Shown one piece after another: positions 1-10,180 of a stretch of 64,000 nt of DNA. Location of the stretch: IMG/VR virus record IMGVR_UViG_3300035670_000121, positions 21,616 through 85,615 of that record. One strand, 5' to 3'. Numbering within the stretch: the first letter of the stretch is position 1; each line of letters starts with the position of its first letter. The stretch is from a virus. Taxonomy: Duplodnaviria; Caudoviricetes. A program made the translations under genes and the position numbers. Under the pieces are notes generated by a model. It was not told where the DNA came from, made no database searches, and saw only the letters and a program-made list of their open reading frames with translations.

Positions 1-1927
1 GCAGCCCAACTGGGGTTTTAATGGTCTTGGTTATATAGTATATAAAAGAACTTATGCTCGATTAAAAGATGATGGCAATACTGAAGAATGGTGGGAAACA
101 GTCGCTCGCTGTATTAATGGTGCTCAAAAAATCGGCGCTCAATATTCTCAAGAAGAAGCTGAACGTATTTATGATTATGTTTTTAATCTAAAGTGTAATT
201 TTGCTGGTAGAATGCTTTGGCAGCTTGGGACATCAACTGTTGATCGATTTGGAGCTAATTCTCTTCTTAATTGCTGGGCAACAGCAATGCGTGAACCAAA
301 AGCGTTTCTTTTTCTTTTTGAAAATCTAATGCTCGGTGGTGGTGTAGGTTATAGTATTCGTCGCGAAGATGTTCATGAGCTTCCTAAGATCAAGAAGGGA
401 GTTGTTGTTTCTCATGAAGCTACTAAAGATGCAGATTTTATTGTTCCTGATTCACGAGAGGGTTGGGTTAAGTTGCTAGCTAATGTTCTTGATGCTTTTT
501 ATGTAAATGGAAAGTCTTTTACATATTCTACTATTTTAATTCGTGGTTATGGAGAACTCATCAGAGGATTCGGCGGAAAAGCAAGTGGACCACAAATTCT
601 CATTGATGGAATTGAAAAGATCACAAAGATTTTCCAGAGTAGAGAAGGTAAAAAACTTCGTTCTATTGATGTACTTGATATTTGCAATATTATTGGAAGT
701 GTTGTGGTTGCTGGTAATGTAAGACGTTCAGCAGAAATCGCTCTTGGAGATCCTGACGATATTTTATATCTTCGCGCTAAAAACTGGAGTTCTGGTAACG
801 TTCCAAATTGGAGAGCAATGAGCAACAATACTATCTATGCCGATAATTTCGACCATATCATGGAAGAAGTATGGAAGAATGGATATGAAATAAACAAGCA
901 AACAGGATATGCTAATGGTGAGCCTTATGGTTTATTTAATCTTCCTCTTTCTCAAAAATATGGTCGTATTGTTGATGGCCCTATTAGCGAATCAAAATTG
1001 TATCCAACAGATGTAGATAATTGTGAAATGACTAATCCTTGTGCTGAAATTAGTCTTTCAAATTATGAATGTTGTAATCTTTGTGAATTGTATTTAAATA
1101 ATATTCAATCAAAAGAAGAACTAATTGACTGCGCAAAACTACTTTATAAAACACAAAAAGCTATCGCTGCACTTCCGTTTATTCATGAAGAAACAAATCG
1201 TATCGTTCACAAAAACATGCGTCTCGGTCTTGGCGTTACTGGTGTTTGCCAGTCTCTTGATAAGCTCGATTGGCTTAATGATTGTTATGTTGCTTTGCGT
1301 AAGTTTGATAAGCAATGGAGTAAGGAAAGAGGATGGCCCGAAAGCATCAAGCTTACCACAGTTAAGCCCAGCGGAACTTTGAGTTTGCTTGGTGGAGCTA
1401 CTCCGGGTGTTCATCCTGCATATAGCCAGTATTATATGCGCACTGTTCGCATGTCTAGCTCTGATGCTCTTGTTCAAATCTGCAAAGACATGGGATATCA
1501 TGTTGAGTATTTAATTAATTTTGACGGTACAGAAAACCATGATACCGTTGTTGTTTATTTTCCATGTGAAACTCCAGCAGGATCAATTCTTGCAAAAGAC
1601 ATGGATGTAATTAAGCAGCTCGACATGGTTAAGAAGCTTCAAACTGTTTGGTCTGATAACGCCGTATCAGTTACTGCATATTATAAGGAAGAAGAACTTG
1701 CCGCTCTACAAAACTGGCTAAAAGATAACTATGAAAAGAATATCAAGAGCGTTAGTTTCTTATTATTTAAAAATCACGGCTTTAAGCAAGCTCCATATCA
1801 AGAAATTGACGAAAAGTCATATCTAGCCGCTAAAGCTAAAGTTAAGCCATTAAGTGCTTTATCTATCAATTCTAATGAAATGTTAGATATGGCAGAATGT
1901 GCAGCAGGAATATGTCCTATTAGATAA
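1..1927 (+). CDS. nrdJ: Class II (adenosylcobalamin-dependent) ribonucleoside-triphosphate reductase, 5' end outside window
   Basis: Frame open from base 2 (QPNWGFNGLGYIVYKRTYAR); motifs VVAGNVRRSAEI, TNPCAEI (thiyl Cys), TTVKPSGT, C-terminal CAAGICPIR. Confidence 0.93.
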   Translation, partial: QPNWGFNGLGYIVYKRTYARLKDDGNTEEWWETVARCINGAQKIGAQYSQEEAERIYDYVFNLKCNFAGRMLWQLGTSTVDRFGANSLLNCWATAMREPKAFLFLFENLMLGGGVGYSIRREDVHELPKIKKGVVVSHEATKDADFIVPDSREGWVKLLANVLDAFYVNGKSFTYSTILIRGYGELIRGFGGKASGPQILIDGIEKITKIFQSREGKKLRSIDVLDICNIIGSVVVAGNVRRSAEIALGDPDDILYLRAKNWSSGNVPNWRAMSNNTIYADNFDHIMEEVWKNGYEINKQTGYANGEPYGLFNLPLSQKYGRIVDGPISESKLYPTDVDNCEMTNPCAEISLSNYECCNLCELYLNNIQSKEELIDCAKLLYKTQKAIAALPFIHEETNRIVHKNMRLGLGVTGVCQSLDKLDWLNDCYVALRKFDKQWSKERGWPESIKLTTVKPSGTLSLLGGATPGVHPAYSQYYMRTVRMSSSDALVQICKDMGYHVEYLINFDGTENHDTVVVYFPCETPAGSILAKDMDVIKQLDMVKKLQTVWSDNAVSVTAYYKEEELAALQNWLKDNYEKNIKSVSFLLFKNHGFKQAPYQEIDEKSYLAAKAKVKPLSALSINSNEMLDMAECAAGICPIR

Positions 1928-1933
1928 CCAAAG

Positions 1934-1961
1934 AGCCGCCGAAAGGCGGCTTTAATTTTTT
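1934..1961 (+). terminator. Intrinsic terminator
   Basis: AGCCGCC-GAAA-GGCGGCT hairpin then T-rich tract after nrdJ. Confidence 0.85.
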
Positions 1962-1979
1962 CTAGGTATTGCTATTATA

Positions 1980-1985
1980 GTGTAT
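1980..1985 (+). promoter_or_regulatory. Phage-specific GTGTAW promoter-like motif (one of about 14 copies, see findings)
   Basis: GTGTAT 16 nt upstream of ATG 1996; same motif and spacing recur across the window. Confidence 0.6.
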
Positions 1986-1995
1986 AAATCTTTAT

Positions 1996-2469
1996 ATGGA
2001 TATAGTAGTAGATTTATCTAATTTGATTGCTAAAAAAAGACAAGGGCCTAAAAGCTCTGCTCAAACTCCAGCTAAATCTGAAGAAAAGAAAAAAGGTTCT
2101 AAAATAAATGAACCTGGTTCTGCTGGAACAACTCCTGATGCTAAAGAAAGAGCTAAAGAAGTATTAAAAAGAAAAGATGAGAAACAATTAGTAAGCAAAG
2201 CTGAAATTACATTTAGTGAAAAAGTAACTAATGCATTAAAAGAAAAAGTTAAAAATCATAATGCTAAACATTCAAAAAAAGTAACTTTATCACAGTTAAA
2301 AAAAGTTTACAGAAGAGGATTAGGAGCATTTAGTTCTAGTCATCGCCCCGGAAAATCTAGAGCACAATGGGCTATGGCAAGGGTAAATACGTTTTTAAGA
2401 ATGCAAGGTGGCGGTAAAGTAAAAGACGCTTATCGTCGCGCAGATCAAGATATCGCAAACAGTAAATAA
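1996..2469 (+). CDS. Basic hypothetical protein, DUF5824-like (KVYRRGLGAF...HRPG...QWAMARV motif of large phages/NCLDV)
   Basis: ORF track plus recognisable motif. Confidence 0.6.
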   Translation: MDIVVDLSNLIAKKRQGPKSSAQTPAKSEEKKKGSKINEPGSAGTTPDAKERAKEVLKRKDEKQLVSKAEITFSEKVTNALKEKVKNHNAKHSKKVTLSQLKKVYRRGLGAFSSSHRPGKSRAQWAMARVNTFLRMQGGGKVKDAYRRADQDIANSK

Positions 2470-2472
2470 TTT

Positions 2473-2697
2473 ATGAAATACACAACAACAGCAACATCTG
2501 GCCCCGGATCAGGACCAACAACCGGACCAGTTAAACCCAAAACCACAACAAAACCTAGTACAACAACAGGTCCCGCAACTGGCCCCGGATCAGGACCAAC
2601 AACTGGGCCATCCAAATCCAAAACCACAACAAAACCTAGTACAACAACAGGTCCTGCAACAGGCCCAAATAGTACAACTGGCCCCAAAAAGAAGTAA
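2473..2697 (+). CDS. Thr/Gly/Pro-rich low-complexity peptide
   Basis: TTGP repeats; sits in the operon between neighbouring genes. Confidence 0.6.
   Translation: MKYTTTATSGPGSGPTTGPVKPKTTTKPSTTTGPATGPGSGPTTGPSKSKTTTKPSTTTGPATGPNSTTGPKKK
2499..2660 (+). repeat. Two imperfect tandem 81-bp (27-codon) repeats
   Basis: GGCCCCGGATCAGGACCAACAAC starts at 2500 and 2581. Confidence 0.85.
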
Positions 2698-2699
2698 TC

Positions 2700-2837
2700 A
2701 TGAATGATAAAGTTGTAGATATTTATCATTTTGATGATTTTGATGAAGAAGATTTTGCGGCAGCTTTTTCTGATTTAAAAGAATTTGGTGTAAATGATGA
2801 TGAATTAAATTTAAATTATATAGAAGTAGAGGAATAA
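2700..2837 (+). CDS. Small acidic hypothetical protein (45 aa, not in ORF track)
   Basis: MNDKVVDIYHFDDFDEEDF...; fills the gap, TAA abuts next ATG. Confidence 0.55.
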   Translation: MNDKVVDIYHFDDFDEEDFAAAFSDLKEFGVNDDELNLNYIEVEE

Positions 2838-3203
2838 ATGAATATCGTAACTAAACTTCTAACATATCAAAATCAAGTTAAAATTTTGCATTGGCAAACA
2901 ACGTCATACTCTGAACATAAATCATTAGGTGATTTATATGACGGCCTTTCTGAACATATCGATCAATTTGTTGAAGTGTTTATGGGTAAATATGGTAGAA
3001 TTGTAAGCCCATCAACATTTCATTTAATTCTCGAAAATTATAAAAATTTAGGTCCAATGTCCCTCATGAATGAGATGGAAACGTATTTGGTAAACGATGT
3101 GCCAACAATGTTAGACGCTAAGAAAGATACTGACTTGTTAAATATTAGAGATGAAATGTTAGCTGATGTAAATAAAACCAAGTATCTATTAACTTTAAAG
3201 TAA
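2838..3203 (+). CDS. Ferritin/Dps-like four-helix protein (DUF5856-like)
   Basis: HWQTTSYSEHKSLGDLYD...IDQFVE and LLNIRDEM...KTKYLLTL pattern. Confidence 0.7.
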   Translation: MNIVTKLLTYQNQVKILHWQTTSYSEHKSLGDLYDGLSEHIDQFVEVFMGKYGRIVSPSTFHLILENYKNLGPMSLMNEMETYLVNDVPTMLDAKKDTDLLNIRDEMLADVNKTKYLLTLK

Positions 3204-3788
3204 TTTATAATTGGGATATTTCTTAGATAAAGCTTTTGCTAAAATAGCATGATGATTAGAGTTATGTTCTAAAGCTGCATGTCTGAGTGAGTTATAAACA
3301 ACTCCATCTATTTCAATTTTTGTACCTCTTGTTTGGCTCATCTTAAGTTTGGTTTCATTTGAATGAGTTAAACCAAACATTGGACCATTTGGATATTTTG
3401 TTTTGGCATTTTTTCTTCTTTTGTCTTTTAAATTTTTACAACAAGCAGCTTTTCTTGTGTTTTCGAGTTGCTTTTTTCTTATTTGTTCCTTAAAAGGATG
3501 ATTAGAAATCATATCTCCACCAGAAGCGTTTTTATTAATATTAAAAGCAGGTTTAAGCGTGTCTAAATAATATTGTTCTTTTTTCTTAACGTCGTCACAT
3601 AATTCTATTATTTCTAACCATAAAGTTTCTTCACCATATTTATTGAAATGTTGCTGCAACCAATAGTTTGAATGATTATTGTTTTTTAATTGAGACAAAT
3701 GCCTATTCCATCTTTTTTTAATATTGATAGAACTTCCTATATAAAAATCATTATTGATTTTGTTTTTTATTTTATAAACGCCTTTCAT
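3195..3788 (-). CDS. Free-standing GIY-YIG homing endonuclease with NUMOD3-like tail
   Basis: GVYKIKN...FYIGSS...KRWNRH...EQYYLD; PMFGLTHSNETKLKMS. Confidence 0.9.
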   Translation of the reverse strand: MKGVYKIKNKINNDFYIGSSINIKKRWNRHLSQLKNNNHSNYWLQQHFNKYGEETLWLEIIELCDDVKKKEQYYLDTLKPAFNINKNASGGDMISNHPFKEQIRKKQLENTRKAACCKNLKDKRRKNAKTKYPNGPMFGLTHSNETKLKMSQTRGTKIEIDGVVYNSLRHAALEHNSNHHAILAKALSKKYPNYKLL

Positions 3789-3853
3789 ATTTTATTTTTA
3801 CACGAAGATGCAAAATATGGGATTTCACTTTTTCAAAAAAAGTGTAATAATAT

Positions 3854-4723
3854 ATGTTAATGAATGTATATATTAATTTAAGCTCTGAAATACAAGGAGC
3901 AAAATTAAAAAAAGTATTAAATAAACCTTTTCGTACTCCCAAAGGACCGAAAAAATTTTCTGTTTATGTCAAAAATGACAAAGGAAATGTTGTTAAAGTA
4001 AATTTTGGTGATCCTAATATGGAAATCAAACGCGACGATCCGGCTCGTCGTAAGAGTTTTCGCGCTCGTCATCAATGCGACACAAATCCTGGACCTCGAT
4101 GGAAAGCAAAATACTGGAGCTGTAAATTTTGGCAAAGCAAAAAATCTGTTTCTGATTATCTTTCAAACGGTTGCATCAATGATATTATTCATCAATGGGA
4201 TGGCGAAACATTATGGGATCAAGAAGATTTATTGAAATTGATGCCATCTTTGGCTCAAGCTCCTGAAATAACAGAAGAAATAGAAGAAAATAATTCTGAA
4301 TTGATTGAAGAAAGTTATGAAATGGCTTTAGGTCAATTAGCTTATATTTCAGACTATTCAAAAGATTTACTTGAAAAACTCAGAGCAAATCCATCATATG
4401 CTTCTAAATTAGAACCTTGGGTACAAAGCAAAATTACATTAATGGAAGATTATTTATTTGCTGTACATAACTATATAATATATTCTCAAGAAGGTGGCCC
4501 ACACGAAAACAAAAACATGCAAGAAGGTATGCGTGTTTTAAATGTTAATGCCAGCTGTAAACATTTTGGCAGTGAAGGCATCATTAAAGAAATTAAAAAC
4601 TTAGACAACGACATGGGTCAAGTAATTGCATACGAAGTCACCAACAATGGATCTAATTTTAAAGAAGGTGATATTTTAACAAAAACAATCGATCAATTAA
4701 ATTTATTAGAAGGTACAAAATAA
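3854..4723 (+). CDS. Conserved phage hypothetical protein (KKFSVYVK...VNFGDPNM...RRKSFRARHQC domain)
   Basis: ORF track; preceded by GTGTAA motif. Confidence 0.7.
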   Translation: MLMNVYINLSSEIQGAKLKKVLNKPFRTPKGPKKFSVYVKNDKGNVVKVNFGDPNMEIKRDDPARRKSFRARHQCDTNPGPRWKAKYWSCKFWQSKKSVSDYLSNGCINDIIHQWDGETLWDQEDLLKLMPSLAQAPEITEEIEENNSELIEESYEMALGQLAYISDYSKDLLEKLRANPSYASKLEPWVQSKITLMEDYLFAVHNYIIYSQEGGPHENKNMQEGMRVLNVNASCKHFGSEGIIKEIKNLDNDMGQVIAYEVTNNGSNFKEGDILTKTIDQLNLLEGTK

Positions 4724-5344
4724 ATGAAAGCAAATTTAAAATTTAACAATAAACAGTTTATCGCAGAAGTTTCACTTTCAAATGTTTTAGAAACAGATGA
4801 AAATGAAATTCATAGTGCATATATGAGCGAATGCATGATGAATGATGCCATGTTTGTTAATACCGCTGGCATGTCAACAAGTGACGCTAAATATATGTGT
4901 GGTATGTCATACATGAAAAATCGTCCAATGCTGATGGAAGGCGCTGGCGAACTTAGCGAAAAACAAATGACATTACCAACAGCTATTAAAAAAGGCATTT
5001 TAAAACGTTATGAAAAAGCTGGAACTCTTTCAGAGGAAGGCAAGAAACAATTAATGAGTTTAAGTTCAACAGTTGAAATCGAAGTTAAAGATGAAGAAGA
5101 GAATGAAAATGAATCTGGTGATGAAGGCGAAAATGGCGAAAATGGCGAAAAAGAAGACATGCAAGAAATGCAGGCCGAACCAACCGCAGTTTTCGTTCAA
5201 GATCCTGCTCCAGCAAGCGGTGAAATCACTCCAAAAGCTGCTGAAGAAGGTCTTAAAATAGACGAGAAGCTGCAAAAAGAACAAGAAGCTGCTGCTCCTA
5301 AAAACCCTCAGTTGCAAAGCCCCACATTTAATTCAAAACTTTAA
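4724..5344 (+). CDS. Acidic hypothetical protein
   Basis: ORF track; followed by a terminator. Confidence 0.7.
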   Translation: MKANLKFNNKQFIAEVSLSNVLETDENEIHSAYMSECMMNDAMFVNTAGMSTSDAKYMCGMSYMKNRPMLMEGAGELSEKQMTLPTAIKKGILKRYEKAGTLSEEGKKQLMSLSSTVEIEVKDEEENENESGDEGENGENGEKEDMQEMQAEPTAVFVQDPAPASGEITPKAAEEGLKIDEKLQKEQEAAAPKNPQLQSPTFNSKL

Positions 5345-5362
5345 TAACAATAAACAACATAC

Positions 5363-5389
5363 AACCGCTGGGAAACCAGCGGTTTTTTT
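5363..5389 (+). terminator. Intrinsic terminator
   Basis: AACCGCTGG-GAAA-CCAGCGGTT plus T run. Confidence 0.85.
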
Positions 5390-5394
5390 GTATC

Positions 5395-5423
5395 TTGACA
5401 TCTTTACTGTTCTCTGTTATTGT
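5395..5423 (+). promoter_or_regulatory. Sigma70-like promoter, leaderless start at ATG 5430
   Basis: TTGACA-17 nt-TATTGT, ATG 6 nt downstream. Confidence 0.6.
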
Positions 5424-5429
5424 TCTGTC

Positions 5430-5750
5430 ATGAATAAAAGACGGTTATTACAAAAACTGTTGTTTGCGCCTAATAAAAAGAATCCAAAATTCTGGCAGAA
5501 ACAATATTCTTTATTAAATAAATTACTTAAAGATTTTCCCGATATGAAATTCTGGGAAACTCATGAGTTTGATAAAGTAAATTGTCTAACTTTATTTCTA
5601 GCCGAAAGAAAGTATGAAATAACAGATAAATATAAATGGTTCCTTTTTCAACCTGAATTTAAGAATCCAGAAATAAACATAGGCGATAAAACGGGTGATG
5701 ATTATAATATAGAAAGCAAACCAAAAACAATTAAGCAATTTTTAAAATGA
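5430..5750 (+). CDS. Hypothetical protein
   Basis: ORF, start moved to the ATG after the promoter; overlaps recA start. Confidence 0.7.
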   Translation: MNKRRLLQKLLFAPNKKNPKFWQKQYSLLNKLLKDFPDMKFWETHEFDKVNCLTLFLAERKYEITDKYKWFLFQPEFKNPEINIGDKTGDDYNIESKPKTIKQFLK

Positions 5751-6922
5751 GTAGAAAATCAAAAGACGAATCAACTGAAGCAGGAAGTATATTAACTTCT
5801 CAAGAACAGCTTAAAAGCTTTCTTAAGCAGAATAAAGAGTCGCATTATAATTTTGAAGAAACTATAGATTATCGCGTATCTAGCGGTAGTTTAATTTTTG
5901 ACTATAAACTAGGTGGCGGTTTAGGCACTGGATTGCATCGTTTTGTAGGTATGAACGAAGGCGGCAAGACTAGTTGCGCTTTACAATTCATGAAGAATTT
6001 TCTAGATACTCAAAAAGACGGTAAAGGTTTTTATATTAAAGCCGAAGGACGATTGAGTAAGGAAATGATTGAAAGGTCTGGTGTTAAGTTTGTTTTTTCA
6101 GAAGATGAATGGGTAAAAGGTACTTGTTTTGTATTTGAATCTAATATTTATGAAACTGTATTTGATGCGCTCAGACTTCTAGTTGGTAAAAATGATGAAA
6201 AGAATAGGTATTTCTTTTTGTTAGATTCTGTAGATGGTCTTATCAGAAAAGGCGATTTAGATAAGACTTTTGAAGAATCTCAAAAGGTTGCTGGTGGAGC
6301 CGTTATTGCCGCTGACTTAATGAAGCGCATGTCTATTTCGCTTCAAAAGCGTGGGCATATATGCATATTTATTTCACAGGTTCGTGCAGATATCAAGCTA
6401 GATCCATATAGCAAAGCTCCAATTCGTCAAACCAGCGCGACTGGCGGTAATGCACTATTGCATTTTGCGAATTGGATTATTGAATTCGAACCTCGTTTTA
6501 AAGGCGATCTAATTCTACAAGATGAAAAAGCTAACTATGATGAATATAAGAATCCTTATATTGGTCATGTTGTAAAAATAACAGTTAAAAAGTCAACTAA
6601 CGAAAAGACAAATTCTGTTATCAAATATCCAATTAGATACGGTCGCAAAAACGGAACATCAAATTGGATAGAAAAGGAGATATTTGATTTTCTATTAATG
6701 TGGAATTTTGCTGAACAAAAAGGAGCTTGGATAAATTTCGAAGAAGACTTTTTAAACATTCTTAAGGATGCAGGTTTTACAGATTTTCCTGAAAAGATTC
6801 AAGGGTCTGCAAAATTTGAAAATCTAATGAATGATAATGAAGCTTTGAAGAAGTTTTTGTTTAAATATATCAGTGAAAATCTACTAAGCTTTGGCGATGG
6901 AATTTCTGACGCTGACCAATAA
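5747..6922 (+). CDS. recA: RecA/UvsX family recombinase
   Basis: Walker A GMNEGGKT, Walker B FLLDSV, IFISQVR, TGGNALLHFA. Confidence 0.9.
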   Translation: MSRKSKDESTEAGSILTSQEQLKSFLKQNKESHYNFEETIDYRVSSGSLIFDYKLGGGLGTGLHRFVGMNEGGKTSCALQFMKNFLDTQKDGKGFYIKAEGRLSKEMIERSGVKFVFSEDEWVKGTCFVFESNIYETVFDALRLLVGKNDEKNRYFFLLDSVDGLIRKGDLDKTFEESQKVAGGAVIAADLMKRMSISLQKRGHICIFISQVRADIKLDPYSKAPIRQTSATGGNALLHFANWIIEFEPRFKGDLILQDEKANYDEYKNPYIGHVVKITVKKSTNEKTNSVIKYPIRYGRKNGTSNWIEKEIFDFLLMWNFAEQKGAWINFEEDFLNILKDAGFTDFPEKIQGSAKFENLMNDNEALKKFLFKYISENLLSFGDGISDADQ

Positions 6923-7304
6923 AAAGAAACGATGTAAAAATCTTAAACGATATATCATAGATTGGGATATAGATAGCAGAAGTAAGTTCCAAACCAGTGT
7001 TAAAAAGTTTGTTAAAAAATACTGGTTTGGAAATATTGTTTTTGAAGAATTTCCAATTGTTGGTACTCGTTTAACATTAGATTTTTATAACGCTAATAAA
7101 AAAATTGCTATAGAAGTGCAAGGAAGACAACATACACAATATGTTGAGTTCTTTCATCAAGATCGTATTAATTATCTTCATCAATTGAAAAGAGACCAGA
7201 TAAAAGAGCGGTTTTGTGAACTAAATAATATAAAACTTGTAACTATTTACGAAAACGATATAATAAATACGTATCTATTTGAGTCTCAGGGTGTAATATT
7301 ATAA
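6891..7304 (+). CDS. DUF559/Vsr-like PD-(D/E)XK endonuclease
   Basis: EFP...LDFY...IAIEVQGRQH...RDQIKERFC. Confidence 0.75.
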   Translation: MAMEFLTLTNKKKRCKNLKRYIIDWDIDSRSKFQTSVKKFVKKYWFGNIVFEEFPIVGTRLTLDFYNANKKIAIEVQGRQHTQYVEFFHQDRINYLHQLKRDQIKERFCELNNIKLVTIYENDIINTYLFESQGVIL

Positions 7305-7309
7305 TATAA

Positions 7310-7567
7310 ATGAAAAAACAACCGTCAGGTGAAGATTTTAAGAACTTTAAAATTCCAGATAATTATTTTAATAAATTATATGAGTTCACTGGATCTGATG
7401 AATCTTCTAAAGGGTTTATTGTTGCATACGTATCACAAGACGGTTGTCCTATGATTTATACAAAAGTTGCAAGTCCTCTTGTAGAAATGGGTTTAATTAA
7501 GGCTATAGAAAAATATTTAAACGAAATCGATAACGCTGAAGAATCTATTGACATGTCTGGAGATTGA
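7310..7567 (+). CDS. Hypothetical protein
   Basis: ORF track; GTGTAA motif at 7291. Confidence 0.7.
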   Translation: MKKQPSGEDFKNFKIPDNYFNKLYEFTGSDESSKGFIVAYVSQDGCPMIYTKVASPLVEMGLIKAIEKYLNEIDNAEESIDMSGD

Positions 7568-7584
7568 GGCTATACTGCTTCAAA

Positions 7585-9099
7585 ATGATATACTCTTACG
7601 ATTTAGAGACGCAGTTGTTAGCTGGTTTGATTAAATATCCAGATCGATACAGTGAGATAGCTTCATTTATAACAGAAAAAGATTTTTGGAGTGAGAGTTC
7701 TAAAATCAACAGAACTATATTTTTAGTTTTACGCCAAGCAATTGAGAATGGAGAAAAAATTGATGAAGTTGTAATTTCTCAACGTGTTAAAAACTACGGT
7801 ATTAGTTTTGAGGATAATATAAATCCCTCTGACTACATTGAGTCTCTATCACTTAAAAAGCTTTCTGCTGATTCTATTATTTCAGTAGCTAAAGAATTAA
7901 AGAAATATACTATTCGTCGAGAAATAGCTTTATGTGGTGCTGAAATAAATAAGAAGATGCGAGCTATATCAACTTCTGCTGATTATAGCTCGATCATTGA
8001 AGAAGCTGATAAGCTATACAATCAACAAATTAATCTCTACGAAACTGGTACAGATCAGCCAGAAAATATTTTCGATGAGATGGAACAATTGGTTGAAGAA
8101 CGAGGAAACAATCCTGTTACAGAGTTTGGTTTTGCTGGTCCACATCCTAAGCTTCAGGATATGTATGGATCTTTATTGAGGCCCGGAAATATAACTGTCA
8201 TAGTTGCTCGTTCTGGTGTTGGTAAAACTCAATTCTGTTTAGATTTTACCACTAAGGTTTCTGAACAATATTCTGTGCCTGTTCTTCATTTTGATAATGG
8301 AGAAATGAGTAAGGAAGAATTAATCTTTAGACAGTGCGCCGCAATGTCTAAGGTTCCGATGTATTTACTTGAAAGTGGAAATTGGAGAAAAGCTGGAACT
8401 GAAGTGGTGGAGAATGTTCGATCTGTCTGGAAAACTCTTAAGAACAGATATAAACATTTATATTACTATAATGTTGGTGGCATGACTGTTGACGCTCAAA
8501 TAAGCGTATTGAAAAGATTTTATTATTCTAAAATCGGTCGCGGTAATCCCATGATTTTTAGTTTCGATTATATTAAAACCACAACAGAAGCTAATAGTAA
8601 CAAAACTGAATGGCAGTTAGTTGGTGAAATGGTTGATAAATATAAAAGAACTATTCAAAGAGATATTAAATCTGACAAAGGTCCATGCATTTCAATGATG
8701 ACTTCTGTTCAGTCTAATCGTGCTGGTATCGTTACAAATAAACAAGCAGCAAATATTACAGATGATGAAAGCATTGTTTCGCTTTCTGATAGAATCACTC
8801 AGTTTTCATCGCACATGTTTATTCTTAGAAACAAAACATTCGATGAGCTACAAAGCGAACCGGGATTTGGAACTCATAAGCTAATTAATGTAAAAGCTCG
8901 CCATCTAGGAAAAGATATTGCTGGCGCTATCAATCCAGTAAAAATGGCAGATAACACATTAAAAAAGAACTTCGTGAATCTTGAAATTGCTAATTTCTGC
9001 GTTAACGAAAAAGGCGATTTACGTGACATTGTTGATTCTTTGACTGCAACAGCAACCGTAGCTAAAGATGGAGGTGATGATGTACCAGAACTTGACTGA
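7585..9099 (+). CDS. dnaB: Replicative DNA helicase, DnaB family
   Basis: N-terminal DnaB-like domain, Walker A ARSGVGKT, NGEMS, FDYIK, QSNR; leaderless after TTGACA(7548)/TATACT. Confidence 0.9.
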   Translation: MIYSYDLETQLLAGLIKYPDRYSEIASFITEKDFWSESSKINRTIFLVLRQAIENGEKIDEVVISQRVKNYGISFEDNINPSDYIESLSLKKLSADSIISVAKELKKYTIRREIALCGAEINKKMRAISTSADYSSIIEEADKLYNQQINLYETGTDQPENIFDEMEQLVEERGNNPVTEFGFAGPHPKLQDMYGSLLRPGNITVIVARSGVGKTQFCLDFTTKVSEQYSVPVLHFDNGEMSKEELIFRQCAAMSKVPMYLLESGNWRKAGTEVVENVRSVWKTLKNRYKHLYYYNVGGMTVDAQISVLKRFYYSKIGRGNPMIFSFDYIKTTTEANSNKTEWQLVGEMVDKYKRTIQRDIKSDKGPCISMMTSVQSNRAGIVTNKQAANITDDESIVSLSDRITQFSSHMFILRNKTFDELQSEPGFGTHKLINVKARHLGKDIAGAINPVKMADNTLKKNFVNLEIANFCVNEKGDLRDIVDSLTATATVAKDGGDDVPELD

Positions 9100-10180
9100 A
9101 AATTCCGCAGAAAGAATCGAAAAGATTCTTTTAGAACTTGGTTATAATTTAAATGATCGCGGTAAATATTGGCAAACAAATGCTGTTTATCGTAATGGAG
9201 ACAATAGAACTGCTTTGCAAATTTGGAAGGATACTGGAATCTGGAAAGATTTTGTAGCTAACACAACTTATCAACCATTTAAAAAGCTTATTGAATTAAG
9301 TTGTCAAGATGACATAAGGCTCAAAGAATTTTTTGAAGTAATCGAAGATAAAAATCATTGTTTTATAGATGTAATAAAAACTCCTAAAATGGAAGCTGAT
9401 CAATTTTTCAGTCATGATGAAGTTAAAACCTTACTTCCTCATTATCAATTCTACAATAATAAAAAAATATCTGATGATATATTAAAAACATATCGATCAG
9501 GATTTGCAATGTCAGGTAAAATGAATGGCAGATTTGTTTTTCCTGTTTTTGATGAAAATCAAAAAGTTATTGGATTGAGTGGCAGACACATGTTATGGAA
9601 AGAAAATTCAGCTTTTCCTAAATGGAAACATCTTGGTCGAAAAGCTAATTGGATATATCCAATAAATTTACCTTCTGATATTTTCAGTAAAACAATTGAA
9701 GAAAAGAAAGAAATAATACTTATTGAAGGTATTGGAGATAGTTTGGCGTTATCGCAACAAGGCTTATATAATCACCTTGTTGTTTTTGGTCTTGAAATCA
9801 GTTCAAAGCAGTTATCTTACTTGATGTCCTTATCATTAAATAAGATATATATATCAACAAACAACGATCAAGATAAAACAGATAATCGCGGACTTCTCGC
9901 AGCTATTAAGATATATTTAAAACTTATTAAGTACTTTGATATAAATAAAGTTGAGATTAGACTTCCTGTTGTTAAAGACTTTGGCGAAATGCTTGAAAAA
10001 GATATTAGTATCGATAAGTGGATCAACAAGAAAGTAAATAAAATCAGCCAAGTAGAATATATTCTTAAAGAATTGTATAATAATAAATCTGACAAGAAAA
10101 TTATTTCATTACTTGAAGATTATCTGGAACAATTAAATGTTGAAAGAAACGCTATCCGCCAGCAAGATCAAGACGCTTAA
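9068..10180 (+). CDS. dnaG: DNA primase (Toprim)
   Basis: GRFVFPVFDENQKVIGLSGR, ILIEGIGDSLAL; adjacent to helicase. Confidence 0.8.
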   Translation: MEVMMYQNLTENSAERIEKILLELGYNLNDRGKYWQTNAVYRNGDNRTALQIWKDTGIWKDFVANTTYQPFKKLIELSCQDDIRLKEFFEVIEDKNHCFIDVIKTPKMEADQFFSHDEVKTLLPHYQFYNNKKISDDILKTYRSGFAMSGKMNGRFVFPVFDENQKVIGLSGRHMLWKENSAFPKWKHLGRKANWIYPINLPSDIFSKTIEEKKEIILIEGIGDSLALSQQGLYNHLVVFGLEISSKQLSYLMSLSLNKIYISTNNDQDKTDNRGLLAAIKIYLKLIKYFDINKVEIRLPVVKDFGEMLEKDISIDKWINKKVNKISQVEYILKELYNNKSDKKIISLLEDYLEQLNVERNAIRQQDQDA

